From the human T2T-CHM13v2.0 reference genome, Homo sapiens: a stretch of 64,000 bases of DNA. The notes below the pieces were generated by a model, which saw only the letters and a list, made by a program, of their open reading frames with translations, did not search any database and was not told where the DNA came from. The stretch is taken from the NCBI RefSeq assembly GCF_009914755.1, contig NC_060930.1, one strand, 5' to 3'. The position numbers were made by a program, and so were the translations under genes. This document shows, in pieces, positions 27,139 through 40,899 of the stretch (positions are counted from its first letter, which is position 1; every line of letters starts with the position of its first letter).

Positions 27139-28267
27139 CTACCAGAAGGATGACTTTGTGAAGGTAGTAAACAGTCAGGCTAAGATCAGATCTGCTGTCA
27201 AGCTGCACACTCTGATGTGGGCTGTGCAAATGAGTTGCAGATCAGGACTTTAGTAACCTTGGAAAGTCACGTCCTGAGTTCCCCTGTTCTTCTGTTGCCG
27301 TGAAGACAACTGCAACCACTTTTCCCCACTTTGATGTCACCCTCTGGTGAGCTGCCAAACCATGCATGAGTTGTTCCATCCGAGCTTTTGTGCACGTGGA
27401 GAGCTGGTGACTGACTGCATAAGGTACTGGATGCCTGGCTTCTCCACGTAACTCTAAGCTCCTGAAGGATGCTGGCTGCGCTTAAATTTGTATTCTATCC
27501 AGCTCAGCCCCCTATAATGACACATGGTGAGTCCTTCCTATATACTCACTGAAAGAATGACATTATGGAAAGATTGAGTTGGATTTTCTCTGGAGATTTA
27601 ACTAATCCTTTACAGTGATTATTAGTGATCAAGATGCTTGACTCTATTACTTGAGTGTAGAGATGATTGGCCGTGACCACAGAGCCCTTAGCTTAGTAAA
27701 GTTCTCCTCATCCCTACAAAATGGAAGCCCTTGGCCAGGCTGAGTGCCTTGGTCCTGCAGGATGAGTGGATCTCACAAGGCGGCCTTGAGGAAGAGATCC
27801 CAAGCTGAGCTGGCCACGGCCACCTTCCTTGCTAAAGTAGAGAACACTGTGCATGTGTACAGGTTTTATCTTTGGCTGGTAGGGCCTGGAATTGTTAGCA
27901 AGGCCCGTGTCACACACGGAGCACATCATGTGCTTCCCTTCCAGCTGTGAGACAATGCAAACATCTTCATCTTCCACCCAAGCTGTCAGACCCTGTAGCT
28001 TCAGAAGGCTAGACCCAGACGATGAGCTAAAAGTTCATCCTTGCTCTTTTCTGTTAGACAGTCTAGGGGCAAGGTATTGTTTGCATGTTCAAAAAGGCAG
28101 AGAGGAGAATTCATGCATGTAAAATGCATCGTATAGTGCCAGACACATAATGGATGCTCCATAGAGGTCATCTCACATAACCTTTGCCATAACCTTGCCA
28201 AGTAAATATTTTCATCCTCATTTTAGAGGCAAAGAAGTCAATACTCAGAGAGGTTAAGTAACTGTCC

Positions 28268-28500
28268 ATGTCAGTCATGGTTCTGGCAGGAAAACCAAGA
28301 CCCACTCCAAAGGGTTTAACAGAAGAAAATTTAATGAAGGGCACGCTTTACAGAGGTGTAGTCAGGCTTACAGGTGCTATCTAGGGATGGCGAGACACCT
28401 GGGGATGAACAGTTCTGGGGAGCTGTGACTTGCCCTAGGCCTGAAGGGCCAAAGGTGGGGATGAAATTTGCAGAGCCTACGAGTGCAGGTGCTATGGAAG
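28268..28500. mobile_element. Ancient ERVL-type LTR fragment
   Basis: 'ggcaggaaaacc...tttaatgaaggg...tttacagaggtgt...ccctaggcctgaaggg' resembles old eutherian LTRs; subfamily uncertain. Confidence 0.45.
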
Positions 28501-28764
28501 AGGGATGCAGCCTCGTTCATGCCACACGTTGGCCGATGGGAAGGCCCAGTACAAGGAGTGCAGGTGATCCTTTCTGTCTCTGGGGTTCAACTTCTCAGGT
28601 AAGGCAGCAGGGAGGATGGGTTTTGGGGGTAGGCGGTGATCCGAGAATAACAAGAGCATCTTCCAGTGTCTCCAGCTAGTGGTACTGGGTGCAGGGGGTG
28701 GGTTTGTAGCCAGCTGTGACTCTGAAGTCTTGTAGTCTTTGCTAAGAAGAGAAAAGGAGGAGAA

Positions 28765-28925
28765 AATCTTTTCTTCTTTTCTTCCCTACATCTCAACTTC
28801 CCCTTTTGTGTTTTTCCTTCCTTTTCTCCCTTCTTTCCTCCCTCCTGCCCTTCGTCCTCCTCCCACTTTCCCTTCTTCCCTTCCCTCCCTCCCTTCTTTC
28901 CTCTCTCTCTTCCACCCTTACCCTG
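28765..28925. repeat. CT-rich low-complexity tract
   Basis: ~160 bp almost entirely C/T (ttccttccttttctcccttctttcctccctcc...). Confidence 0.85.
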
Positions 28926-30329
28926 CCACAAAATGTAAGGCACTGGAACACAAATAAATACAACCTGACTCCCACCCTCGAGGTACTTATGGCAACATCA
29001 TGTTAGGATGGAGCCCGTTCCATTAAGGGCACTCTGTTTAAAGCTCTGAGTACAATTTTCTTTAAAATTTCATTTTTAAAAAGGCTTCATATGTGAAGTC
29101 CTTGGCGATCCCCCAGGCAAAAGTGCAACCTAAGTGTACCTCCTCTTTCTCTAGAGCCTTCGAGGGCTCGCACATCAGAAGCTGCCTCACTTCAACTGAC
29201 CAAGCCCCAAGCTTTTGCTGCTATATCCATCCATTTACTTTTCAATCGTTTTTCACTTTGTTTCGTACCTCGAAGGACTTAGATCCTTATGTTGCCCTAT
29301 TTTGGGGACACTTACCCCTGAGAGTTTTCTTGGGAAAGTGGGGTGCTTGGGACAAAGCCCTGTAACCAGCTCCCCATTGTCTTGTCCAGGGAGACCCTTG
29401 CCAGATAAGAGCAGGGTCAGAATCAGAGTCAGAATTCCCCCTTGGCCTTCCTACCTTCTTGTGCTTTGAACCAGGGCAAAACACTTCTTTTTGCTGCACC
29501 CTCATTTATAAAAGGGACATAATGGCCCCTTTTCCTTGGAATGGGAGTGCTGGAGGCTTCTGTGCATTTCCAAAGTACTTGAAGGCCTCCCCAGGCCACC
29601 CGGCTCCTTGCTTGGTGAGTGGAAAGTGCAGGGCAGGCCGCTGTGCTCTTTATATTGTGCCCCTTGTTCACCAAGCACGTCCACTTCAGGCTGCTGCACA
29701 CACTCACCATTCTCCTTGGTATTATTGACTTAAGTACTCTTCAAGAAAAATTTCTCCAAGGCTCCCATGTTGACATCCTGCTAGCGTTTCGAGAGCCAGC
29801 CGTGCTAGCTATTTGTTGCTTTGGATGAAAGCCTGCAATCGCTCTATTAAACATTCTCCATTTAATGAGAGGAGGAAGGAGAAGCCTATGCTGCAAAAGG
29901 AACTGGATTTTTCCACAGTGCAGGTTGATGTGGGAAGCATTCCAGTGTTGGGTCAAGCTTGCTGGGCAACTAACTCCTGGGTCAGGTCAGGGTACTGGGT
30001 TGCAGTGACTCAATGTCTCTCCCTCTCTCCAGTCTGCCCAGCAAAAGGATTTGGCCTTCGGACTTACCTGCTTTCTCTAACTCTCTGCCACTGTTTCCCA
30101 CATCAGTTCTTGCCTCTTGCCTTTTTGCCAGAGAAACCAGCAGAAAGAAGAAACTTGGCGATGGAGAGAGAGCATCTCACATGCTTCATGGGGGAGGAAG
30201 GACCGATATTGGTATGAATGGAATCTAGACTTCTGTGTGTATCAGGGCAAAGCAGCAATACTTTTTTTCTGGCAGACCAAGGGCATCCTTGGCAGGCAGC
30301 CCAGGGAGGTAGAACAGGTACCTGTCAAA

Positions 30330-30478
30330 GAATTAGAAAACATGGATTCATTAATCTGGACTTTGTCTAGAGCCAGTTTTGTGACTTTGGAAAAATCACT
30401 AAACATCTCCAGATCCCAGTGTCCTCAGTTATAAAAATGAGAGATGAATATCAATGTCACAGGGTTTTTCGTGAGGTT
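30330..30478 (+). mobile_element. MIR
   Basis: 'tgtgactttggaaaaatcactaaacatctcc...cagtgtcctcagttataaaaatgagagatg'. Confidence 0.65.
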
Positions 30479-30979
30479 CACTCATTGATTCAGCAAATAT
30501 CTATTGGGTGCTGTCACAGCAGATGAGACTCAGTGTTGACTTTCGGTATGTTTCCATCTGTGGGGGACATAGACAGGAAATAGATAGAAACAATAGCATG
30601 TTATGAGTGAATACAGTGTGCTGTAATAGGAATGAGGAGAGAGCGCCACATCACAGGAGAGGCACTTGCCCCAACTTGGGTGGTTAGAAAAGGCTGCCTG
30701 AAAGAGGCCACAACTAAAGTGAGAACTGATGGATGGAAGAATTTGGCTTGCAAAGGGGTGTAGATACCAGACAGTGCATTGCCCATCAGTTCGGAATGGC
30801 TGGAGTGGACAGTGAGGAAGGGCAATCAGGGCCCGGGATATGGGCACTGATGGAGACGGCGGGGTGCCTGCCTGGAGATTTAGGCAGCCACACTGTGCAG
30901 GGATGGCATTAAGAGGTTCACATCATCCTGGGGCATCGTGGAGCCATTGAATACTTTTAAGAAAGGGATGACAAAATCA

Positions 30980-31345
<366 letters not shown>

Positions 31346-31390
31346 TTAAGCTGCTTAAGCTGAAGTATGGAAACTGAGTTAGAGAGGACG

Positions 31391-31870
31391 TGCCAGGGAT
31401 TCTTCATTTGCCCCTACAGACTCACTTGCTACTTGTCTTCATTCTTCTCTGAGCACCAGTAAGCTGATGTTTCTTAGACTGCTTAACAGGTTGATCTGCC
31501 CTCTGGTTTCCAGGCAGTTTCAGCCCATAGGAGGCAGGAGCAGGAGATAAGAGGGTGGGAGGAGAGAGAAATCGGGGTATCTTTTCCCCAGCTCCCTCCC
31601 TGCCATGGCTTCAGATTGGCAATGGCTCTGTTCCCCTGCTGTGAGCCACAGTCCTGCCTGGCAGACCTTTCTCCTAGCCACGGTTTTCTTTCTGAGTTAC
31701 ATGTAATAATAACAGCTCCCTTCAGGTTCAGGTGCCTAAGGCTTCCCACTGTTGCTAGCCCCATGGTGACTCTCCATCTTTGTTGGCTTCATTAACTCTG
31801 CAAGAACCTTTGTAAACAGGGATTCTTCAAGTACCCACGCCATGTGCCATCTGCTGGGACCCTGCCCGCA
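31391..31870 (+). mobile_element. LTR33-like ERVL solo LTR
   Basis: 'gcaggagataagagggtgggaggagagagaaatcggggtat...cttcccactgttgctagcccc...cctttgtaaacagg...tgtgccatctg'. Confidence 0.75.
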
Positions 31871-33383
31871 GTAGAGAGGGCTACCGCTGGAGCAGGAGGA
31901 GGCTGCTGCAACCACATGCAGGCAATACTGGGGACATGGCAGAAGGGAGTCCGTGGATTCTGAAGATATTTAGGAGACATAAGCAATAGGACTTAGATGT
32001 TAGATGGGGGTGAGGGAGGGAAAGCTGTGAATGGCTTTTGGGTTTGGCCTCTGCACCTGGAGGATGGTGGTGGTATTCATGGAGGTGCCAGCAGGACTGG
32101 GGCAAATAGGTTTGGGGGTGGAAGGAAATACAGACAGGTTTTTAAATGGAGTAATTGGCATTAGAATATAAAAATCTGGCATTTAGAAGAGGAATCTAGC
32201 CTGGAGATTCATTAGTGTAGAGATGGTAAAGGCTGTAAAAGAAAGTGTAATCCCCCAGGCAGAATACACAGACTGAGAAGAGAAGGAAGATGAGGGAGTT
32301 GTTCTGAGGAAGAGAAATTTGGAAGGGCTGGGAGGATGGATGTACTGGGGACTGAGAATACATGGATAACTAGATGGAAAACCCTCCCTTATAAAAAACT
32401 AAAGGAAGAGAAGTTCAGAAAGTAGGAAGGATCATGGAGTTCAGGAGCAAGGGCATGGCTGACCTTGGTTGGCCTTGACAAAATCCATTTCAGCAGAGTT
32501 GCTAGAGATCCAAGGAAAGGTTCATTGCACGTATGTTGGTAACTTAGGGGGTGGGAACATGGTGGTTTGTGTGCCCTCTGGGAAGTCAGACTTGGGGTCT
32601 GCTGAGAGCGAGGGGAAGAGAGGAGGATCACCAAGGCAAGTGCCACACAAGGCTATGCATTTCCTTTCTTTTTTGCTGCTTATATGTGGAGTCTGTTTTC
32701 TAAGTAAGGAGGGCTGAGGCCACAGAAGCAGAGGCAGGAAGGTTCCAGAAGCTGAACAACTCTGTAGCAGGCCCAGAACTTCCCCTAAGATTTTTCCAAT
32801 TATATGAAACGTGGTGTGGTAGGGAGCTTTATTGTCCTGTCAAAGTCCTCTCTCTGGCCACCAGACGGCTTTTCCTTTCGTGAAACACAGATAGGAGTTT
32901 CAATTCCATACATATATATTGAGAATGCAGTATACAAAAGTCTCAGAAATGGCTCTAAAACAAAATTGCTTTTAAGAGCATGTGGGTGTGCAAGGCATGT
33001 GCCTCCTATTTTTTTTTTAATGATGTTAAAATTCACAGAAACAAAAAGTGTACCGTGTTGGACATTTGTAAGTGGTAGTTTAAGTTCAGTAGTGGTACAT
33101 AGATTCATATTGCTGTGTTAGCCAATCTCCAGAACCCTTTTCATCTTGTAAAACGGAAACTCTGTACCCATTAAACAACTGCCCATCCCCACTCCCTTAG
33201 CCCCTATTCTGCTTCTTGTCTCTCTGAGTTTGGCTACTCTAGGGACCTCATGCAGCGAGATAACACGGCGTGGTTGTCAGGCATTCTCCACAGTTTTGCT
33301 TTCTGCAAGTTCGCTTACCCTCAGTCAACTGAGGTGCAAATATATTAAATGAAAAATTCCAGAAATAAACTATTCAGTCCCTA

Positions 33384-33505
33384 TGCATGGCTCATGCCTG
33401 TAATCCCAACACTTTGGGAGGCTGTGGCAGGCAGATTGCTTGAGGCCAGGAGTTTGAGACCAGCCTGGGTAATATAGGGAGACTCTGTCTCTGTTTTTAA
33501 AAAAA
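33384..33505 (+). mobile_element. Alu left monomer (FLAM/AluJ-like)
   Basis: 'ggctcatgcctgtaatcccaacactttgggagg...ttgcttgaggccaggagtttgagaccagcctggg' then A-rich end; no right arm. Confidence 0.88.
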
Positions 33506-33660
33506 TGAAGTTTATAAATTTTATACTGCATACCCTTCTGAGCAGTGTAAGGAAATCTAGCACCATCCTGCTCTGTCTGGCTTGAGACCTGAATCCTCCC
33601 TGTGTCCAGTATTTTCACACTGTACACTTATGCATGTATAGGAAAAAACAGTATATATAG

Positions 33661-34040
33661 TGATATGGTCTGGCTCTGTGTCCCCACCCAAATCTCACCT
33701 TAAATTGTCATCTGAATCATAGTCCCCATGTGTTGGGGGAGGGACCTCATGGGAGGCAATTATATCATGGGGGGCAGTCCCCCCAAGCTGTTCTCTTAAT
33801 AGTGAGTGAGTTTTCATGTGATCTGATGGTTTTATAAGGGGCTTTTCCCTTCTTTGCTTGACACTTTTTCCTCCTGCCATCATGTGAAGGCGACATGTTT
33901 GCTTCCCCTTCTGCCATGATTGTAAGTTTCCTGAGGCCTCTCCAGCCATGCTGAACCATGAGTCAATTAAACCTCTTTCCTTTATAAATTACCCAGTCTC
34001 AGGTATGTCTTTATTAGCAGCGTGAGAACAGACTAATACA
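33661..34040 (+). mobile_element. THE1 (THE1C-like) solo LTR
   Basis: TGATATGG...gactaataCA full LTR; 5-bp TSD tatag/tatgg. Confidence 0.92.
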
Positions 34041-36094
34041 TATGGAGTTCAGTACTGTCTACGGTTTCAGGTACCCACTGGGGGTCTTGGAATCTAACCA
34101 GGAGGATAAGGGGGATCACTGTATTTGTCTTTCTGGGACTGACTTATTTCGCTGAGCATAATGTCCTTCCAATTCATCCAAGTCATAGCCTGTGTCAAAA
34201 TGTCCTTCCCCTTTAAAATAGCGTATTCCTATTTATTGTGTTGTAGTGTGTTTCCCAGTTCACAAAGGCATTCATACTTTTCTTTCTTCCACACTCCTTT
34301 TCTCTGCATTGCAGCCGGGAGTGGTTATTGCCCCTGGGCTACAGCTAAGGAAACAAGCCTCAAGGCTGCAAGACCACACAGAGAGCCGGGGACCAGAACA
34401 TGCCTCGGGTCACTGGGTCCAGCACACTTTCCCTGAAGCTCAGCTGCATGTGCAAAGCCCTCGCTGAACTTGGGAGCAGTTCACAGGGCACAGGCAAGGG
34501 GAAGACATCCTGGGGTCAGAAGACCCCCCAGGCAGAGAGAACAGATCCAGCAGCAAGTCAGCAAAAGGACACAAGTGGAGGGAAGGCTAGGTGGCAGAGC
34601 CCAGCTCTGGTCCCAGTCCAGGTAGTTGGCCCTGCTCACCCTGGCCACTCACTGTGTCTCTAGACACAGGAAATGGGATTACCAGGCCAGTCTCAGGAGT
34701 TGGGTGAGGACACAGCGCTTCAAGGCTGACCAGCCCTGACAAGGCGAATCCTCCAGGTTGTTCATCAGTGATTAGAGCAGCTGTCCAGGAGGGACAGGTA
34801 ATGAAGTAGGGATCTGAAATATGCAGTGGTGGCTGTAGGCACGCTGCCTGTGATTGCTGCCAATGGGAGCCAGGAGCATTAATGAACTGAGTAAACTCCC
34901 TTCCCTTGGAAGATTTGTATTTGGGGCGTCTTGCTGGGGTGGTGGGGCTTACCTCTGAAGCTGGCATCTCACCTCTGTCAGCATTCTTGGCCAGTCCACC
35001 AGACAGTTCTGAAGAAGAAAAGACCTTGTGCTTTGGGGAGCTCACCACCCCTCCTGAGCTCTAGCTGCTTTCTGGTTGCCAATGGCCGTGGTAATGCTCC
35101 AGTTCCTGAAATAGCTAAATAAACCGCACCACTGACATTTAAATCACGTTCTCTGGGACCTGGGCTTGGTCAGAGCAGGAAACAAGCAGGGGTTTGCTGC
35201 CTCTGGTTCCAACTGGGAAACTGCCTCCTATACTACTCAGCTCTATCCTCTCATTTGGGGACTCTTCTGGGACATTTGCTATTTGTCATGGCTGGGGCCT
35301 GGGATATCCTAGTTAATCACATATTCTGGTTAAAGGTGAGCAATTAGCTATTCACAGAGCACAATTTTTCAAAAGGCTTAGAATGCTAGAAAATATACTC
35401 AACAGTAAATTACAAGTGACATAATCCAATCTAACTTTTAAAACACTGAAGGCACTTTTATTTCTTTAGGAGCATCAGTGTGAACCCTAAGCACTCAAGA
35501 ATTGAGAAAACATGCAAACACTAGTTAATAAAATGCTGGATAAACAGCTTCTAATGAATTTCCCATGTCTTGATTCTGTCATTTTTTTTTTTTTTGAAAA
35601 GGCACTGGGCATGTTTGAAGATGATTAAGATTGTGTAAACTAATAGAGGAGAGTTGACTTTAGGGGCAACTTCAACCAAATCTGCATTCAACACACAATT
35701 CCCCTCTTTAAACTTTCTGACATTTTCTCCCTGCCTTTGCTTTGGCATCAGGGGCTCGCTCCATTCTATTTAGTAGTTTACTTTTGGAAAATCTTTCTTT
35801 ATTCTCACCTTGGAAACCATAGGAAATAAGTCTCCTCTCCCTGTTTTCATAGAATCAGAACATTCATACATCTTTGTTTCCAGTTTCCTTTTAGCTGAAC
35901 CTGTCAGTTCCTGCAAACTTCCTCAAATATTTGCAGACCCTCTTTTGAATATTCTCTTGTGTGTGGGGGTTCCAAAGAGAACTATGAAGGCACACATGGT
36001 AAATGTGATGCTGAATGCCATGAAACCATCATGTCCTTCCTTCTGGATTGTATGCTTCCATGATAGTGCCTGTGAGCTCTTTCTGGGATCATTC

Positions 36095-36570
36095 TCCCTG
36101 AGTTCAAATCCTGGCTCTGCTACTTACTACCTCTTAACCTTGAGCAAGCAACTAAACTCTTGAATGCTTGGTTTCCTCATCTACGAAAGAGGCTAATTAT
36201 AGTATCAACCTCACAGCCTCACAAGATTATGGCAATTGACATCATACGTGTAAATGCTTAGCACACACTTGGAAGATAGTAAAGGCTCAATCAGTGTAGC
36301 TGCTTGTAGAACAGCTGGCATGAAATCACACAATGAAGCCTAAATGGCCGGGTTCACATCCAAGCACAGGTTCAAAATTTGACCCACCACCTATGAGATG
36401 AATTTGTAAGTGGCTTAAATGCTTTGTGCCCCAGTTTTCTTATCTGTAAGATGGAGATCTAGGGTTTGTATGAAGATTAAATGGAGCTGTTATATGTAAG
36501 ATACTTGAAACAGAGCCTGGAAAGTAAAAAGGGCACATGAAAGCTATTATTATTATTATTATTATTATTA
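36095..36570 (+). mobile_element. Two tandem MIR fragments ending in (TAT)n
   Basis: 'ctgagttcaaatcctggctctgctacttact...' and 'ctttgtgccccagttttcttatctgtaagatggag...gaagattaaatg'. Confidence 0.75.
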
Positions 36571-37689
36571 TAGCTTGAAAATGCATCTTATTTTTAAAAG
36601 AAGTCACATCAAAAGGTTGACTCACATTGGAGCTATGGTCACCAACATACTGGTTCCCATGGCCCCTCTTCATCTGTGTGTGGAGAATTCTCATCCTTTT
36701 TTTTTTTTTTTTTTTTTTGGTGGCTCAAACTACCACCTTAGCAGAATGTCTTGAACATGGTAAGTGCTTTTAGAATTCTTGGCCTTTGGAATCACGTCTA
36801 TCTTTCCTCTGTAGTATTTGAAATCTGCTTTCCTGGATTCTGGATAGTTTGATTGCATACTTTGTCTTTAGACTGTGCTTGAGAGCTGCTGCTCCTGAAA
36901 CTGCTTGGATCCTTCCTGGTAGAACCAATTCCCCACGACATTGCACCCACCACTGTATGATGTATTTACATAACCTCACCCCCTGTTAAACTGTAAGCCC
37001 TCAAAGCAGGACTGTGCTAATTCATTTTTCTATATTTATTACATACAGGCCTCACCCCTCCATGACTATAAACTGGGGGCACATTTAGAGTAATACCGAA
37101 CTTCTTCATGCTCTTGGCCTACTGCCAATTGGCAATAAATTATTCTTTTTCCAGAAGCGCTTAGCATAAAGGAAGGCCTAAAAATGTTTTGGAATAAATG
37201 CTATGCTTAACCTAGCCGGGAATCCCCACCTGCAACAAAAGTGATAATGTTGGAGAAACTTGTCTCAACTGAAAAGTATTTCCAAAATGATTATTATCAT
37301 GACTTTTAAATTAGCAAAGTTACTTTTCCAAGAGCATTTTCTTTTCTATATCCCAGCTAGCATTTTCAAGAAATTTCAGAATTAAGTCAGCAAGAGAAAA
37401 GAGAGATAGCTATCTTTATTTTTTTCGATCTTATTCCAGGTTAGAGACTCAATTGTTTCTTAAAATAAAATACAAACTTATCTTTTGTTTTCAGCAAAGG
37501 GACACTTACATGAGATACGTAGATTAAAAGATTTTCATTGCTCCTATATGTTGCGTTTAGGCCAATTTTGTTACTGAGGGAAAGTATTGAACTAGTTCTT
37601 CCTGTTGCCATACCCGGCTCTAATTTCCAACTGCAGCTTCTTCATATAATTATTTTAACCTGATTTTTTTTTTACCTGAAATTGAAATA

Positions 37690-38470
37690 TTAAGCAAAGA
37701 TACCACAAACAAAGTCAAAAGCAAACAACTAGGAAGAATATCTGCAGCATATATTATGGACAAAATATTAGTATCGAGTTAGTAAGGTAAAGACAAATAC
37801 ACCAATATAGAAATGGGCAAAGAATATGAATAGGCAATTCACAGAAGAAATGCAAATATTCAGTCCATAATTAAAAGTTGCTCTATTTCGTTAGTAATCA
37901 AAGAAGTGGAAATGTAAAATGTAATGAGATTTTTTTTTTACCTATCAGACTGACAAGATTAAAATGAATAAAAATGGCTAGTATTAGTGTGGAATTAGGA
38001 AATGGAATTCTCAAGAAGTAGTTGAAAGGAACATAAACCTCATGTAGCATTTTAACAACGTTCATTGAGAGCTTTCAAATGTTAGTACTTAATGATACAA
38101 TTTTACTTTAGAAATACATTTGTAAGAAAAAAATCTGACAATTGTGCAGAGTTAATATGTAAAAGGTCTGACACAAAAGAACTCTGAAGGATCATAAATC
38201 TCTGTGATTAAGAGATTAGACAAATATATTGCTTAACATCCATAAAAGAGAGTGCTATATATTCATTAAAAAGGAAGAAGTGGAGGCATATCTCCAAAAT
38301 ATACATTTAAGAGAAAAAACAGATGCCAAAAATGGTATGGTCTGGTATGATATATCTTTATTTTATAAGAAAAACAGAAAAAAATGGCTGAGAATAAGAG
38401 TACATTTATTTGCTAGTATATATACTTCTGTACTATTTGATATTTTAACAGTATGTCCTACTTTTATAAT
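37690..38470 (+). mobile_element. Degenerate L1ME-type 3' region
   Basis: 'aaatgggcaaagaatatgaataggcaattcacagaagaaatgcaaat...ttagtaatcaaagaagtggaaat...ttttacctatcagactgacaag'. Confidence 0.7.
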
Positions 38471-38521
38471 AGAAGACAAAAGCATTTCTACCTTGGAAAA
38501 AAGTATTGGGAAACTGTTGTG

Positions 38522-38525
<4 letters not shown>

Positions 38526-38567
<42 letters not shown>

Positions 38568-38568
38568 T
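38526..38568. repeat. (TG)n microsatellite
   Basis: ~20 perfect TG units. Confidence 0.97.
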
Positions 38569-39171
38569 GTGCGCACACATATCACAGGCAAATAAAGGAA
38601 TCAATGTTTGCAAGGCAGAAAAGTACCATGATGTCCCTGATGTCCAAGAATACATGGAAATGATGGGTACAGAAGAATGTAGAGGACTGTTAATGGCCAT
38701 AAGAGCTCAGGAACTTAAAAGCTAGTGTCGGATGGTTCATAAACAGAGAACTCGTAGCCGAGTCCTTAATGTATACTGAGGAATGACTTGGAGGTTGACA
38801 AAGAAGGTATAGGCAATAGCATTCCCAAATACTTGAAGTTTCGAAAGCTTCAGGGGATGCCTGCTTGCTATGGAGACCATCCCTTTCTTCATATTAGAGC
38901 ATCTGTCAATACAGAAGTTCACACCACAAGTTTTTCAGAATATAGTAACCAAGGCTTTCTGTTAACTCAAACTTGCCTTGGCCAATCAGTCTTCTTCATT
39001 TCTCCCTCCTATACCATCAGCCCTATATCTCTAATGTCCTTCAGGTCATCTCATCTCGGATATCCCACCAAAATGCCAAACATAACATGGATAAAGCTTA
39101 TCAACATCCTCTCCAAACAAACGATCCTTTCCCACTTATCTCTCATTACATTCTCCTTATCTGCTTGGTCC

Positions 39172-39462
39172 GTGCTGTCCATTGTGGGGGCTACCAGCCA
39201 CGTGTGGTTTTTGGGCACTTGGAATGTGGCTAGTCTGCATGGAGGTATGCTATAAGCAAAAAATAAACCCCAGATTTGGAAGACTTAATATGAAAAAAAG
39301 AATGTAAAATATAACATTAAATGATGATATTTTGGATATATTGTGTTAAATAAAATATATTATTGATATAATTTTATTTCTTTCTTTTACCTTTTAAATA
39401 GGGGTACCAGAAAGCTCATAATTACATATGTGGATTGCATAATTACATATGTGGATTGCATA
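39172..39462. mobile_element. MER33-like (hAT-Charlie MITE)
   Basis: 'gtgctgtccattgtgggggctaccagccacgtgtgg...gcacttggaatgtggctagt...atattttggatatattgtgttaaataaaatatattatt'. Confidence 0.75.
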
Positions 39463-40859
39463 TTCCATTATAGTCATGTGAAGGCTACTCTAGACTGTGC
39501 AACCATGAGGTTATCCTTTTCCTGTTCTTGGGGTTTCATATGAAATCAATCAACAGGTGGTGACACCACCTCCTGGTCTTTTATCTGTCCTCTTCATGTC
39601 CTGACCACTGGGCTGGATAAGTCCTCTGCTTTGTAACAGCACCGACTGTACCTGGCTGCTTCCATCTCCTTTCCACTCCAGTCTCAACTCAGCTGCCAAT
39701 GAGCAAACTCGATAACCTGAATAACTGAGAGCCAACCCCATTCAAACGCCCCTTGAGATAAAGAAGAAAACAAATAACCAAATAAACTCCCTGAATAACT
39801 GCACTGTATATAAAGAACCAATGTGCTAGAAACTGAGGAACCAGCCATTCACTTAATTTTATAGGCTACCCTTAATATCAACAAACGCCTCTCACCAACA
39901 AATGAAATACTCCTTAAGAAAGAAACAGGATGCCCTTTATAAGCACAGGTGGAAGGAAATGCAGCCTCTGACCGTCCAAACCACAAACAGACACACACAA
40001 ATTCTCTTTGCAGTTTTGTTTCAGTTCAATCTTAAAGACATTCAGGGTCCTGGCCTCCTTTTGAGAAGGGTTAGGTATAGCATAAGCACAGTTCTGGTCC
40101 TGGACTCTCAGCTTTGGGGATCATGACTTGACAAAAAATTTCCATAAAGTCCAAATTCTTCCTCATGCAGCGAAATAGCCAATGGTAAGAAGGTAACAAT
40201 GGAAATAGCCATTCAATAGATTAGATCTTGGAGATGACTAGGAATGACTGAAGGTAAAGATAATCTTTATCAATTTTAATTCTCTTCATCCATTCCTGCC
40301 TGTCCCATGGCAGCATCCAGCAGATGTGAGGGGCACACGTGGGCTCAAGCAGAGGCTGGACACCCTTTGCAAGACAGAGCACCTCCTCTCCAGCCAGCAC
40401 TGCTTCACTTCTTCTGAAGGGTTGACCAGTCGTCCTGCAGCCCTGCCCTGCTGCTTAAGTAGAGGCTAAAAGTTGGTATAGTCTGTGCAAAGAACCTACA
40501 CACAGGAGCCTCTAGTTCCTGGTGGAAACACTGACCTATGACCACTTCAGAAAGAAAGACAAGCCTCTCAACCAGGCTATCAGGAATGATTCTCTGTTGG
40601 GTCCCCAACTGATGACTATAGAATAACAAGATCATTTTGATAGGTTATAAATCCAAACTGATCTCATTTTCATTTTCAGACTCACACCTCATAAATGTGT
40701 CCTTCTTGACTGGTTGAACGTGCCAATTTGGAGAGCAAGGTTGTCACCGTGGCAGTAGATCTTCTTTCTAATCATAAATACCAAGTGCATTTAGCACCAT
40801 GCAGAACTCCAGAAGAGAATGTCAATGGATTCCCTTTGCTGTATCCTTAACATGAATTT

Positions 40860-40862
<3 letters not shown>

Positions 40863-40897
<35 letters not shown>
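40863..40897. repeat. (CA)n microsatellite
   Basis: ~17 perfect CA units. Confidence 0.97.

Positions 40898-40899
<2 letters not shown>

Larger units (their letters stand above)
33278..34121 (+). mobile_element. MER44A-like (TcMar-Tigger MITE), interrupted
   Basis: 'atattaaatgaaaaattccagaaataaac'...'ggtttcaggtacccactgggggtcttggaa...ggataagggggatcactg' followed by TA. Confidence 0.8.
33008..34225 (-). mobile_element. L1MB-type 3' end (pieces at 33008-33268 and 34122-34225), split by MER44A
   Basis: 'ctccagaacccttttcatcttgtaaaacggaaactctgtacccattaaacaact' resuming as 'gtatttgtctttctgggactgacttatttcgctgagcataatgtcct'. Confidence 0.75.

Noticed and set aside
40790-40810. REST/RE1-like sequence tttagcaccatgcagaactcc
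   Set aside because: Right half-site mismatches the invariant GG/AG positions
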